64,000 nt of DNA from an uncultured Bacteroidales bacterium (GTDB lineage Bacteria; Bacteroidota; Bacteroidia; Bacteroidales; VadinHA17). Position numbers and translations under genes: made by a program. A model generated the notes under the pieces. The model had not been told where the DNA came from, searched no databases, and saw only the letters and a program-made list of their open reading frames with translations. The DNA is taken from the NCBI GenBank assembly GCA_942492865.1, contig OW818650.1, positions 1,520,057 through 1,584,056 on the forward strand, in the 5' to 3' direction. Numbering within the stretch: position 1 is the stretch's first letter; every line of letters starts with the position of its first letter. Shown here piece by piece: positions 19,434-29,696 of this stretch.

Positions 19434-20951
19434 TTACAGATCATCGGTTATATTTTTCAGCGACATCAGGTTCTCCTTAAGCTTTCTCAGATTTGTCCAT
19501 TTTTTAAAGAAGCTTTTCAGGAACTGCAGTTCCACGGGTTCGTAAAAATTAAAAAAATAAAGAATAAACGGAAATGACAGGAAGAGGATAAGTTTAATGA
19601 ACAGTCTTGGGATCAGCTCCATATCATTGAACACTATTCCTGCAAAAGACAGTATTGACCCTGTAATGAATATAAGTGTTACTTTCCCTGTCTGATAAGG
19701 GATATAATAAGCTTTTTGTGCAATGTACTGCAGCAGCCACCAGTAAAAAAATTGAGAGATCAATGTTGCAACTGCGGCTCCCATAGCATTCCATACCGGG
19801 ATAAACAGGAGATTCAGAATTATATTAAGGGCGGTGGAAACAATTATTGTAAAACTGATCTTACGGGTTTTTTTAGTGACTATAAGTCCATACACCGACA
19901 CTTCCCTGAGGTTCATGAAATAGGTCGAAATGGCAAGCACAGGTACAAGTAAATATGCGCTCCATAATTCAGTGGTCTTGACAAACACCTTGATCACTTC
20001 AAGCGAAAACAGTGATACGCCTATTATCCCCCCCATAACAACCCACGACGAATAAAGCATGGTCTTTGCATAGAACCTTCCATTATCCGGTGAATCGATT
20101 TTCTGTATCATCCGGGGAAATACAGCAAGCTTGATAGTATCAACAAGTATCAGCTTAAGCGATGATGAAACCTTGTAGGCAAGGGTGTAGATTGCAACAT
20201 ATTTTAGAGGTGCAAGAGAATTAAGTGCATACCTGTCAATGGCATTCAGCATTACAGATGCAAAATTTGCAAGCACGAGGGGCATTCCGTAATTCACCAT
20301 CGGTTTCCATATATTTAAGTCAAAACCGATGGAGCAGTTCTTTATTGAAAGTGGTAAAAGAACCAGGATTATCAATGCGTTCCCTATTACCTGGGCAAGA
20401 TAAATTCCTGCAATTCCCATATCCCGGAAGATGATAAAATATACTGTCAGGATGAGTACTGTAACAAGCTTTGCCAGGTTGGTAAGCATAAACAGGAATG
20501 ACCGTGCCTGGAGCCTGAGCAGGGTATTCATCAGGTTGTTGATACCCTGCAATGCAGAAGAAATTATGATATAAACAATTGCAAGTCTCCAGGTTGCAGT
20601 GTCAAAGATCATCTCCGAAATATTGCCTGAAAGGGGGATAAGGAGAAAGGCAAATAAAAAGCTGAGGATTATCTGGGTAATAAAGGTCATGAAGAAGATT
20701 TCCTTCTGGCTGCCCGGATGTTCTTTTGCCCAGTACCATCTTGTGAGAGATTGTGGGAGGGATGACGAAAGCAAGGCAATGAGTATCAGCCCTGATAAAT
20801 CGAGGATCCCTATAATTCCGAAGTCTTCTATTGAAAAATATTCAGGATTTGTATAAAGTGGTATTAGTACAAACCCAATCACCTTTACGGCGAGATTTCC
20901 AAAACCAAAAATAAAGGAATCCTTAATGGACGACCTGATGGAATTTAACAT
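19434..20951 (-). CDS. Wzx-like oligosaccharide flippase
   Basis: About 12-14 hydrophobic segments, YGMPLV..., IDRYAL..., MGAAVATLISQ motifs of the polysaccharide biosynthesis/MOP family. Confidence 0.88.
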   Translation of the reverse strand: MLNSIRSSIKDSFIFGFGNLAVKVIGFVLIPLYTNPEYFSIEDFGIIGILDLSGLILIALLSSSLPQSLTRWYWAKEHPGSQKEIFFMTFITQIILSFLFAFLLIPLSGNISEMIFDTATWRLAIVYIIISSALQGINNLMNTLLRLQARSFLFMLTNLAKLVTVLILTVYFIIFRDMGIAGIYLAQVIGNALIILVLLPLSIKNCSIGFDLNIWKPMVNYGMPLVLANFASVMLNAIDRYALNSLAPLKYVAIYTLAYKVSSSLKLILVDTIKLAVFPRMIQKIDSPDNGRFYAKTMLYSSWVVMGGIIGVSLFSLEVIKVFVKTTELWSAYLLVPVLAISTYFMNLREVSVYGLIVTKKTRKISFTIIVSTALNIILNLLFIPVWNAMGAAVATLISQFFYWWLLQYIAQKAYYIPYQTGKVTLIFITGSILSFAGIVFNDMELIPRLFIKLILFLSFPFILYFFNFYEPVELQFLKSFFKKWTNLRKLKENLMSLKNITDDL

Positions 20952-20961
20952 AGATGAAAAT

Positions 20962-20969
20962 CAAAGATA
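20962..20969 (-). promoter_or_regulatory. -7 element TATCTTTG upstream of the flippase
   Basis: Matches TAnnTTTG, but only 10 nt before the ATG, so the leader would be very short. Confidence 0.4.
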
Positions 20970-21003
20970 GCTTATCAAAAATACGTTAAACAATTGAAAA
21001 GTC

Positions 21004-22065
21004 TTAACTGATCCTGCCTGTCCCGATCTCTTCCGGGTACCCGAGCAAAATAACCTCGGAATGACAAAGGTTTTTCTTTATACCGGCCGACAGTTTCCTG
21101 ATGCAGAATACATAGTCCGGCAGCATTTCTTCAAGCAAAGGTTTTATGCCAAAGAATTCTGATGGATTATGATATATGGCAATGGATAGAACAGGCCTAT
21201 ACCTTTTTAAGGTTGCCGATGCACCCTTTACAAAATCGAGCCCGGCGCCTTCAATATCTGCCTTGATGAATCGCGGAGAAATGTTGTACCCTGATGCAAT
21301 ATCATCAATAGTTCTTCTTATGACAGTTATTTCATCATATTTTCCTGATTTTCTGATTAGTGAAAACCCTGATGAGCCGGTATCGGCAACAGAGACAGGT
21401 AATTCGCCTTCAGATGCCGAGATCCCTGCGTTTATAATTTCATACCTCCCGGTACTTATATTGTTTGCAGCCATGTTTTCCTTATATCTTTTGATTGATT
21501 TCAGGGAAATCTCAATTGAATATATCTTTTTATACCCGTATTCATTCAATGCAATTGCAGAGTCGCCTGTAAAAGCCCCGGCATCAATAAAATCCTGGTT
21601 TTTTATATAATCCCTCACGGAATGCGGAAGCAATTTCAGGCCATGGTGGAAATAAAATACAGATTCATCAATATGCTTTGCAGGAAATTTTATTATTCTT
21701 CCGACTGTGTTCAATTCTTTTTCAATAAGTCTTTTTGAACTTTCAGTCTCCACCGGCAGCAGACCGCCGATAACTTCATCGTCTTCAGGGATCCTTCTTT
21801 TGTACTTTTCATCAGGATAATGGATGAGTCTCTGAAGTATCACATCTATTGTATGAACCGACTCATCATCCAGGCCTCTCTTAAGATCGGCGACCTTCCT
21901 ATCCATATCGGATTTCAGAAAAAAATCCTTAAAGCTTCCTCCAAGGCTGTCGGTGATATATATTGTATAAGGCTTAACAGACTCCCTTACAGCATTTATT
22001 ACCGACACAAGTAAGAAATAGATGCCGGGTAGTTTTTCTCTCAGATATGGACCGGGTTTTATCAT
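21004..22065 (-). CDS. FkbM family methyltransferase
   Basis: FIDAGAFTGDS, FIKADIEGA, RPVLSIAIYH. Confidence 0.9.
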   Translation of the reverse strand: MIKPGPYLREKLPGIYFLLVSVINAVRESVKPYTIYITDSLGGSFKDFFLKSDMDRKVADLKRGLDDESVHTIDVILQRLIHYPDEKYKRRIPEDDEVIGGLLPVETESSKRLIEKELNTVGRIIKFPAKHIDESVFYFHHGLKLLPHSVRDYIKNQDFIDAGAFTGDSAIALNEYGYKKIYSIEISLKSIKRYKENMAANNISTGRYEIINAGISASEGELPVSVADTGSSGFSLIRKSGKYDEITVIRRTIDDIASGYNISPRFIKADIEGAGLDFVKGASATLKRYRPVLSIAIYHNPSEFFGIKPLLEEMLPDYVFCIRKLSAGIKKNLCHSEVILLGYPEEIGTGRIS

Positions 22066-22067
22066 TT

Positions 22068-22931
22068 CTATTTATTCAGTATCATTCGGGTAATGTGACT
22101 TTTAAAATATCTTTTCCACGTTACATAATGCGGATACTTCAAAATGCTTTTCAGTGGCTGAGACTCATTATTAAAGTTCAGTGCAAAATCGCCAAGATGC
22201 CGGCTTTTAACAACAGGTAATCCCCTGTAAAAACTGTTGCTTACATTTCCTCCATGGAAGAGCTGGATCCATAGGGGTTTCTTAAGTATGAATCTTGAAT
22301 TGCGTGCTTTCCTCTTAAAAAATTCAAGCCAAATCTCCTTAATTGCAAATAAACGCAGAGAGTCCCATTTTGTATGGCCCTTCATAAATATTCCCCTTAT
22401 GCCGGTTCCGGTATTCTCTATCAGGCTGATAAAAGGCGACATCGGGTAATAATAGTGAGACATTGTCCTGTCGGCGATATTCAGAATGTACCCTGAGGCC
22501 AGGGAAATTAAAAATCCGTGTTTTTCAACGAAGTTTTCCTGTATTGTCTTTACGGCATCTTTGTGCAGGCAGTCGTCATTATCAACCCTTGTTGTTATTA
22601 CCCATTTTTCAGAACCTGAAAGCCGCCCGGTTACTTCAGAAATATAATTTTCATTGAATCCTTCGAATCCGTTACAATGACAGATCTTAATGAATGGATA
22701 TTGATCGAGGAAATCAAGTGAATGCCTTAATTCATCGGGAGTGGCTGAGTCAAAATATAACAACCAGGTGAATGCCTTGCTGCTCTGGTTCACTAAAGAC
22801 GGGAGGCAGTATTCCCTGAACAGGCTTATCCGGTTGCGGGTCCAGCTGATCCATTTATCATAATCATCATTATCCGAAAGTGGAAAATTTCTCAGATTGA
22901 ACTGTGTGATTATGAAATGAGAGTAATTCAT
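22068..22931 (-). CDS. Putative rhamnosyltransferase-like GT-A protein
   Basis: HFIITQFNL, LFREYCLPSLVNQ, FTWLLYFD, ITTRVDNDD. Confidence 0.72.
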   Translation of the reverse strand: MNYSHFIITQFNLRNFPLSDNDDYDKWISWTRNRISLFREYCLPSLVNQSSKAFTWLLYFDSATPDELRHSLDFLDQYPFIKICHCNGFEGFNENYISEVTGRLSGSEKWVITTRVDNDDCLHKDAVKTIQENFVEKHGFLISLASGYILNIADRTMSHYYYPMSPFISLIENTGTGIRGIFMKGHTKWDSLRLFAIKEIWLEFFKRKARNSRFILKKPLWIQLFHGGNVSNSFYRGLPVVKSRHLGDFALNFNNESQPLKSILKYPHYVTWKRYFKSHITRMILNK

Positions 22932-22933
22932 TT

Positions 22934-24130
22934 TTAACGAGGGTAGCTGTATGCCGAAACTAAATTTTCTTTAAAAACCCCTGTATTATACTTATCAAGA
23001 ACAGCCTTCTTCCCATTGATCCCCATTTGTTTCCTTAGGGGCTCATCATTAACAAGCTTTATTATTGCCTCATGAAGTTCAGTCATATTACTGAATACAA
23101 TGCCGCAATTTTCCTTTTCTGTTAATTCCTTCTGGGGCCCGCAATCAGAAACAATCAAAGGTCTTTCACCGAGCATGTACTCATAGATCTTATTGGCCAC
23201 GCCCGATTCATGCTGAGGGTTTTTGTGGAAAGGAGCAATGCAGATATCACTTATCTTAAGATAACAGGGGAAATCCCTCGAATTTATCCACGGGATATAA
23301 TGCAACCTGCTTTTAACAACATCCTGGTGAGTCATTTCCATGAACCTGCTTTTGTCCTTTTTATCCACCGGTCCTATCAGCAGAAAGTTTACATTATGAC
23401 CTTCTCTCACCAGGCCGGTAAAAACATTTATTGCATCAAAAATTCCTCTTCTCTCTGCAATAACACCATAATATAAGATTATGGGATAACTATTTTCAAA
23501 CGGGGTTGTTACAGGATTTTTGCAACCAGGTTCAGCCTGCTGAAGGTTGGGAACATTCGGAAATACAGTAAATTTTTCCGGGGCCAGATCAGGATATTTT
23601 TTCAGAAGATGATCCCTGAAACCGGCGCTGAGCACTATTATCCTGTCGGCGTACTTTAGATATTCCTTCTCCTTTTTCTTCCATTTTTCAGGTTGTGAGA
23701 AAAGATGTCTGAAAAAGCCTTTGGTCCAGTTATAAGTAGTTACAGAATACGGATAATTCTCATGAAGATCGAGTACCAGCGGGATTTTTTTCCCGGAGCT
23801 TTTAATTCCCCGGCGGGCTGCCCGGGCCATATAAAGATCATGCACATGTAATGCCTCAACTGAATTGGCTGTGATAAAATCCCTGATCATTGAAGCCCAC
23901 ATCCATTCATATACCGCGAATGTATTTTGAAGAAAAAACATTATGTTCTTCAATGTTCTCGATATGCTTATCCGGGTAATATTAATCCCTTCAAGAGGCT
24001 TGTTATCTTTTCCGGAAAAGCTGAAACACAGAACTGAGATCCCGAAGCCGCTTTCCTTAAGAATTTCAATTTCTTTAAGGACCCGTATGTCGTTATTCAG
24101 CTCATTATCGACAACAATTCCGATTTTCAT
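22934..24130 (-). CDS. Glycosyltransferase family 4
   Basis: LHVHDL, ILYYGVIAERRGI, HESGVANKIYEY (GT-B). Confidence 0.9.
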   Translation of the reverse strand: MKIGIVVDNELNNDIRVLKEIEILKESGFGISVLCFSFSGKDNKPLEGINITRISISRTLKNIMFFLQNTFAVYEWMWASMIRDFITANSVEALHVHDLYMARAARRGIKSSGKKIPLVLDLHENYPYSVTTYNWTKGFFRHLFSQPEKWKKKEKEYLKYADRIIVLSAGFRDHLLKKYPDLAPEKFTVFPNVPNLQQAEPGCKNPVTTPFENSYPIILYYGVIAERRGIFDAINVFTGLVREGHNVNFLLIGPVDKKDKSRFMEMTHQDVVKSRLHYIPWINSRDFPCYLKISDICIAPFHKNPQHESGVANKIYEYMLGERPLIVSDCGPQKELTEKENCGIVFSNMTELHEAIIKLVNDEPLRKQMGINGKKAVLDKYNTGVFKENLVSAYSYPR

Positions 24131-24173
24131 AAGAGTTACTGGGAATGAAATACTAAGGTAGATATTTTAATTC

Positions 24174-25445
24174 TCACTTACTTAAAAGCGGTATGATCTT
24201 TCTTGTAAGCTCGCGCCTGCTGTAAGCTTCCGGTGAAGTGATGTTAATGCCCGACCTGCCTGATTTAATGTCTGATAGGTGATTTGCGATTTCCTCTGAA
24301 CCGGAATATGTGAAGGTATGCCCGTGACCCGTTTGCCCTATTATTCTGGCAGCATCGCCATCGGAAGGTCCGAGGCAGATTATTGGTTTTTGTGAAGCCA
24401 GGTACTCAAACAATTTACCCGTGAGAATGCATTTATTGCCTGAATGATCGGGAATTATAAGAAGAAGAACCGACGATGACATCATAAAGTCAATTGCCTT
24501 CAGGTGTGATACATGTGGAATGAATTCGAATCTTTCATCTCCTAGTGTTCCGGTTATCCTTTTTCTTATGGATGAAGAGATGCTGCCCACCAGTCTGAAA
24601 AGGTAATCATTTCCCATGTTGCCGAATTTTTCAAGAGCTTCCAGGAATCCTTCTACCGGATATGAGTCGGATAATGTTCCTATATACGAAATAATAAACC
24701 GGTCGGGTTTTTCTGCCAGGGTATTTCTGAAATCGTCCTCATCATATCCATTGGTTATCACTTCGATCTTTCCCGAGATCCCATCAACTTTTGACTGGAG
24801 CGATTCTTTTAAAGTATCTCCAACGGTAATAATGCTGTCAGAGGCTTTCAGTACCTTCTTTTCATATTTTCTGTCGATCATTTTTGAGAGGAAGGTGGGA
24901 TAAAACATATCGTAATAGAAAATGTCGGTCCAGGGATCTCGGAGGTCGGCGATCCAGTTCAGCCCGGGGAATATTTTTTTTAGTTCAAGCCCTATAAGCT
25001 GTGTGGAATGCGGGGGGCTTGATGTAATGACATGGCTTATTCCTTCTTTTAAAATTATTTCCACAGCCTTATCAATAGCGTACCTGTTCCATCCTTTCCT
25101 TGGGTCGGGAATAAAAAAATTTCCCCTTATGAAGCGGGAAATTTTTCCCGTCAGTGAATTGTTTGAGTTTGTTGCAAATCCTGCTGAAGGTACTTTTGAT
25201 TTGTCACCTGAATAGAGTCTGAACCAGTCGGTTGCTTTTGTCCTGAAGACCTTTATTGCTGGCGGTATTTCATTTTCCAGTGAAGGATCTGCAGCAGGAT
25301 ATGTTGCATACTCACGATCTACAGTAAGTATTACCGGTTCCCATCCAAACTCAAAAAGATATTTTGAAAACTTGAGCCATCGCTGAACGCCGGCTCCTGA
25401 ACCGGGTGGCCAGTAATATGTAATGATCAGGACTCTTTTCATCAA
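24174..25445 (-). CDS. Glycosyltransferase family 4 (Bacteroidetes type)
   Basis: ITYYWPPGSGAGVQRWLKF, TSSPPHS, ADLRDPWT, TGKLFEYL. Confidence 0.92.
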   Translation of the reverse strand: MMKRVLIITYYWPPGSGAGVQRWLKFSKYLFEFGWEPVILTVDREYATYPAADPSLENEIPPAIKVFRTKATDWFRLYSGDKSKVPSAGFATNSNNSLTGKISRFIRGNFFIPDPRKGWNRYAIDKAVEIILKEGISHVITSSPPHSTQLIGLELKKIFPGLNWIADLRDPWTDIFYYDMFYPTFLSKMIDRKYEKKVLKASDSIITVGDTLKESLQSKVDGISGKIEVITNGYDEDDFRNTLAEKPDRFIISYIGTLSDSYPVEGFLEALEKFGNMGNDYLFRLVGSISSSIRKRITGTLGDERFEFIPHVSHLKAIDFMMSSSVLLLIIPDHSGNKCILTGKLFEYLASQKPIICLGPSDGDAARIIGQTGHGHTFTYSGSEEIANHLSDIKSGRSGINITSPEAYSRRELTRKIIPLLSK

Positions 25446-26995
25446 AACAGCTTTTTAAGGAGTGTTCCTATGCTTACTTTTTCTGAAATGATATTCTTAA
25501 GGCCCGATATACTGACACGTTCCTGTTGCATCGAATCGCGGTACCTTATTGTAACTGTATTATCTTCAATTGTCTGGTGGTCAATGGTTATGCAATAAGG
25601 AGTTCCTATCGCATCCTGTCGTCTGTACCGTCGGCCAATGGAATCTTTATCATCATACTGGCAATTGAAATCAAACCGGAGATCATGCACTATTTTTTCT
25701 GCTATTTCAGGCAGCCCGTCTTTTTTAACAAGGGGCATAACAGCCAGCTTAACAGGGGCAAGAAATACCGGCAGCTTCAGTACAATCCTGGAATCTTTTG
25801 ATCCGTCTTCCTTCTTTAGTTCTTCTTCGTGATAAGCGGCCGAAATTACCTGCAGAAACATTCTGTCAACCCCGATTGAGGTCTCGATAACATAAGGAAC
25901 ATAAGATTCTCCCTTTTCAGGATCAAAATACTGCAGTTTCTTTCCCGAGTATTCCTGGTGTTGCTTGAGGTCATAATCAGTCCTGGAATGGATTCCTTCT
26001 ACCTCCTTATAACCGAATGGGAACTTAAATTCTATATCTGTTGCGGCATTGGCATAATGAGCGAGCTTCACGTGATCGTGGAACCTGTAATTTTCAGCGC
26101 CAAAGCCCAGGTTCTGATGCCATTTCATTCTTGCTTCCTTCCATTTCCTGAACCAATCCAGTTCGGTGCCGGGCTGAACGAAGAATTGCATCTCCATCTG
26201 TTCAAACTCCCTCATCCTGAATATAAATTGCCTGGCTACAATTTCGTTCCTGAATGCTTTTCCTATCTGGGCTATCCCGAATGGTATTTTCATCCTTCCT
26301 GTTTTCTGAACATTAAGGAAATTGACAAATATACCCTGAGCAGTTTCGGGCCTGAGATAGATCTTGTTTGCACCTTCGGAGGTTGAACCCATTTCTGTCG
26401 AGAACATAAGGTTGAACTGCCTTACATCTGTCCAGTTCCTTGTTCCCGATATTGGACAAACTATTTCATTATCAACTATTATGTTTTTTAATCCCGCAAG
26501 GTCATTCTCATTCAGGGCTTTACTGAAGGCTGCATTGATCTCATCTATTTTAACCTGGTTGGCAAGAACCCTCGGATTTGTCTCCCTGAATTTTCCTTCA
26601 TCGAATGCAGCTCCAAACCTCTCCCTGGCCTTATCGATCTCTTTCTGGATCTTCTGGTCGATCTTTGCAATATGTTCTTCGATCAGGACATCAGCCCTGT
26701 ATCTTTTTTTGGAATCCCTGTTATCAATGAGGGGGTCGTTAAATGCATCGACATGGCCCGAGGCTTTCCATATAGTGGGATGCATAAATATTGCTGAATC
26801 GATACCTACTATATTATCATTCAGCAGGACCATGCTGTCCCACCAGTATTTTTTAATATTGTTTTTCAGTTCAACACCATACTGGCCGTAATCGTAAACC
26901 GCACTCAATCCATCGTAGATCTCGCTCGACGGGAAAACATATCCGTATTCCTTGCAGTGAGCAACCAGTTGTTTGAAAATATCTTCCTGAGCCAT
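25442..26995 (-). CDS. glyS: Glycine--tRNA ligase (homodimeric class IIa)
   Basis: YLRPETAQGIF, FRNEI..RQFIFRMREFEQME, VIETSIGVDR, anticodon-binding domain IGRRYRRQD. Confidence 0.97.
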   Translation of the reverse strand: MAQEDIFKQLVAHCKEYGYVFPSSEIYDGLSAVYDYGQYGVELKNNIKKYWWDSMVLLNDNIVGIDSAIFMHPTIWKASGHVDAFNDPLIDNRDSKKRYRADVLIEEHIAKIDQKIQKEIDKARERFGAAFDEGKFRETNPRVLANQVKIDEINAAFSKALNENDLAGLKNIIVDNEIVCPISGTRNWTDVRQFNLMFSTEMGSTSEGANKIYLRPETAQGIFVNFLNVQKTGRMKIPFGIAQIGKAFRNEIVARQFIFRMREFEQMEMQFFVQPGTELDWFRKWKEARMKWHQNLGFGAENYRFHDHVKLAHYANAATDIEFKFPFGYKEVEGIHSRTDYDLKQHQEYSGKKLQYFDPEKGESYVPYVIETSIGVDRMFLQVISAAYHEEELKKEDGSKDSRIVLKLPVFLAPVKLAVMPLVKKDGLPEIAEKIVHDLRFDFNCQYDDKDSIGRRYRRQDAIGTPYCITIDHQTIEDNTVTIRYRDSMQQERVSISGLKNIISEKVSIGTLLKKLF

Positions 26996-27023
26996 AATTA
27001 ATTTATATGAATTTTGAGGAATG

Positions 27024-27031
27024 CAAAATTA
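27024..27031 (-). promoter_or_regulatory. -7 element TAATTTTG upstream of glyS
   Basis: Matches TAnnTTTG. Confidence 0.55.
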
Positions 27032-27160
27032 ACTCAAAAACTTAATGATTCAAAGGCCGGGGGATTCAAAGTTAGCAGGTCCCACTCTGGGCTATTAACT
27101 AGGGCTTCCAGACTTTCTTAACTATTTGTATATTTACATCTTGGTACTGACATAAGATTT

Positions 27161-28738
27161 ATGAGAAAAAGGACTGATTTTTTAGTGATCGGATCGGGGC
27201 TTGCAGGACTTTTATTTGCCCTTAAAGCCTCCAAATACGGGAAGGTTACTGTTGTTACCAAGTCTGAGCTGAAGGATTCAAATACCTTTTATGCCCAGGG
27301 AGGTATTGCTGCGGTATTCAGTGATCCCGATAATTTTGAGAAACATATCAGGGATACCGTCATTGCGGGTGATGGTTATTGCAATGAAGAGGTAGTGAGG
27401 ATGGTGGTCCAGGAAGCTCCTGAAAGAATTAAGGATCTTATAGAACTTGGAGTTAACTTTGACAAAAAAGTTAATGGCGCCTATGATCTTGCAAGGGAAG
27501 GGGGCCATTCCGAATACCGGATCCTTCATTCAAAGGACAAAACCGGAGAGATTATTCAAAAGACCCTGATGGAAAGGGTTAAAAATAACCCGCGCATCGA
27601 AATATTTGAAAATCATTTTGCCATCGAGCTTCTCACCCAGCATCACCTGGGGGAAGTAGTAAAAAAGAATTATCCCGGAATAAAGTGTTTTGGCGCGTAT
27701 ATTGCAAACCTGGCCAATAACCAGGTTATAACTTTTCTGTCAAAAGTGACTGTTGTGGCGACCGGCGGCCTTGGCAATGCTTACCTGACTACCACCAATC
27801 CCGAAGTTGCAACGGGCGATGGAGTCGCTATGGTTTACAGGGCAAAAGGGAATGTGGAAAATATGGAATTCATTCAGTTCCATCCTACGTCACTCTATGA
27901 TCCTGACAAGCGGCCATCATTCCTGATCACTGAAGCCCTGAGAGGTTACGGGGCACTTCTGAGAAATTATTCAGGCGACAAATTCATGACACGATACGAC
28001 AACCGCGGATCGCTTGCCCCGCGCGATATTGTTGCACGGGCCATAGATAACGAAATGAAAATATGGGGCGATGACCATGTGTGGCTCGACTGCACACACC
28101 TCGATGAAGATGGTCTCAGGCAAAATTTCCCCAATGTATATGAACATTGCCTTGAGCGCAGTATCGATATAACCAAAGACTGGATACCGGTTGTTCCTGC
28201 AGCGCATTATTCGTGCGGCGGTGTTAAGGTTGACATGGATGGCCAGAGTAATATTGACAGGCTCTACGCAATAGGTGAGGCCTCGTCAACAGGGCTTCAC
28301 GGCGCTAACAGACTGGCATCCAATTCATTGATTGAGGCAGCAGTTTATGCCCACCGTGCGGCTCATAATGCCGGCCCCCGAGTCGCAGAACTGACTTTTG
28401 AGGAAAAAATTCCAAACTGGGACTATAAAGGTACCACCCACCTCGAGGAAATGGTTCTGATAACCCAGAGTCTTAAGGAATTCCAGATGATTATGAGTAA
28501 TTATGTTGGAATTGTGCGATCGGACATAAGGCTTGAAAGGGCAATGGTGCGGCTGGAGATTTTATACAAAGAGGTCGAGAGCCTTTACAAAAGATCACTT
28601 ATTTCCAAAAAGATCTGCGAGGTCCGAAATCTTATCCAGGTCGGATATATAATTATCAAAATGGCCCGGGGCCGCCATGAGAGTATTGGTGGCCATTATT
28701 CAATAGATTACCCTCCAAGGTCACACTCCGAATTCTGA
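27161..28738 (+). CDS. nadB: L-aspartate oxidase
   Basis: VIGSGLAG, NTFYAQGGIA, REGGHS, QFHPT, AHYSCGG, LHGANRLASNSL. Confidence 0.97.
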   Translation: MRKRTDFLVIGSGLAGLLFALKASKYGKVTVVTKSELKDSNTFYAQGGIAAVFSDPDNFEKHIRDTVIAGDGYCNEEVVRMVVQEAPERIKDLIELGVNFDKKVNGAYDLAREGGHSEYRILHSKDKTGEIIQKTLMERVKNNPRIEIFENHFAIELLTQHHLGEVVKKNYPGIKCFGAYIANLANNQVITFLSKVTVVATGGLGNAYLTTTNPEVATGDGVAMVYRAKGNVENMEFIQFHPTSLYDPDKRPSFLITEALRGYGALLRNYSGDKFMTRYDNRGSLAPRDIVARAIDNEMKIWGDDHVWLDCTHLDEDGLRQNFPNVYEHCLERSIDITKDWIPVVPAAHYSCGGVKVDMDGQSNIDRLYAIGEASSTGLHGANRLASNSLIEAAVYAHRAAHNAGPRVAELTFEEKIPNWDYKGTTHLEEMVLITQSLKEFQMIMSNYVGIVRSDIRLERAMVRLEILYKEVESLYKRSLISKKICEVRNLIQVGYIIIKMARGRHESIGGHYSIDYPPRSHSEF

Positions 28739-28745
28739 GCAGCTG

Positions 28746-29696
28746 ATGAATCACATTGAATCATCCTTCATAGGGAAAAACCATCTGTGGCGCTATGTAA
28801 TAATGCTGGTAACCATATTTGCTGCAATGAACACTATCGGAAGCCTGCCGCTTTTCCTGAAGATCATACAGGTATCGGCAAATGATCCAGTAGCAGCCGC
28901 CAACTTTGCCAGTCAGCCAAATAATCCAACTCATCTGGGAGTAAGTTCGAATACCGGACTGATGATGTTTCTGCTGCCTTTCGCAGCTGGGTTTGCAGCC
29001 TTTTTACTGCTGGTCAGGCCTGTTCACCAAAAAACTTTCAGGATTATTGTAAACGGCACACGGAACATACGATGGAGACATTTTTTCACCGGAGCTTTTG
29101 TATGGCTTGCTGTGTCAGGTGCATACCTGTTTGTTTACCTGAAGGTTGATCCTGAAAATATTGTTCTGAAGAATAATTCGGAGACACTCATTACCCTGAT
29201 AGTTGTATCACTTGTCTTTTTCCCGTTCCAGGCAGGGCTGGAAGAGGTGGTATTCAGGGGTTACCTTATGCAGGGTTTATCGCTTATTGTTCGCCAGAGA
29301 TGGTTTCCACTGGTAATAACATCACTTTTTTTTGCCTTGCTTCATTCTTTCAACCCTGAAGTAAAGGATTTTGGCTTTTATACCATGATGCCTCATTATA
29401 TCCTTTTCGGATTGATTTTCGGCATAACAACCATACTTGATGACGGGATTGAAGTGGCGGCAGGCGCTCATACAATAAACAATGCATTTCTTTCGGTGAT
29501 GATAACCCAGAAATCGTCAGCACTTCAGACAGATTCTGTTTTCGAGCAGCTTGAAGTGTACCCATGGACCGAATTCAGCATGCTTCTGATAATGGGACTG
29601 CTGTTCATCCTTATAATGAAGAAATTGCTTGGATGGAAGAATTTCAGGTTGTTGTTTGCCAGGGTTGAAGAAAAAGAAACGGTTCAGATACCGTAA
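28746..29696 (+). CDS. CPBP (CAAX protease-like) intramembrane metalloprotease
   Basis: EEVVFRGYL, FFALLHS, GAHTINN. Confidence 0.9.
   Translation: MNHIESSFIGKNHLWRYVIMLVTIFAAMNTIGSLPLFLKIIQVSANDPVAAANFASQPNNPTHLGVSSNTGLMMFLLPFAAGFAAFLLLVRPVHQKTFRIIVNGTRNIRWRHFFTGAFVWLAVSGAYLFVYLKVDPENIVLKNNSETLITLIVVSLVFFPFQAGLEEVVFRGYLMQGLSLIVRQRWFPLVITSLFFALLHSFNPEVKDFGFYTMMPHYILFGLIFGITTILDDGIEVAAGAHTINNAFLSVMITQKSSALQTDSVFEQLEVYPWTEFSMLLIMGLLFILIMKKLLGWKNFRLLFARVEEKETVQIP

Noticed and set aside
26364-26891. Long antisense ORFs (e.g. 175 aa here, 51439-51861, 53413-53853, 63407-63832)
   Set aside because: They lie entirely opposite well-supported CDSs and show no recognisable motifs; typical shadow ORFs
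28746-29696. Abortive-infection (Abi) defence gene
   Set aside because: CPBP/'Abi' family membership alone does not imply defence; the context (nadB, dusB) is housekeeping
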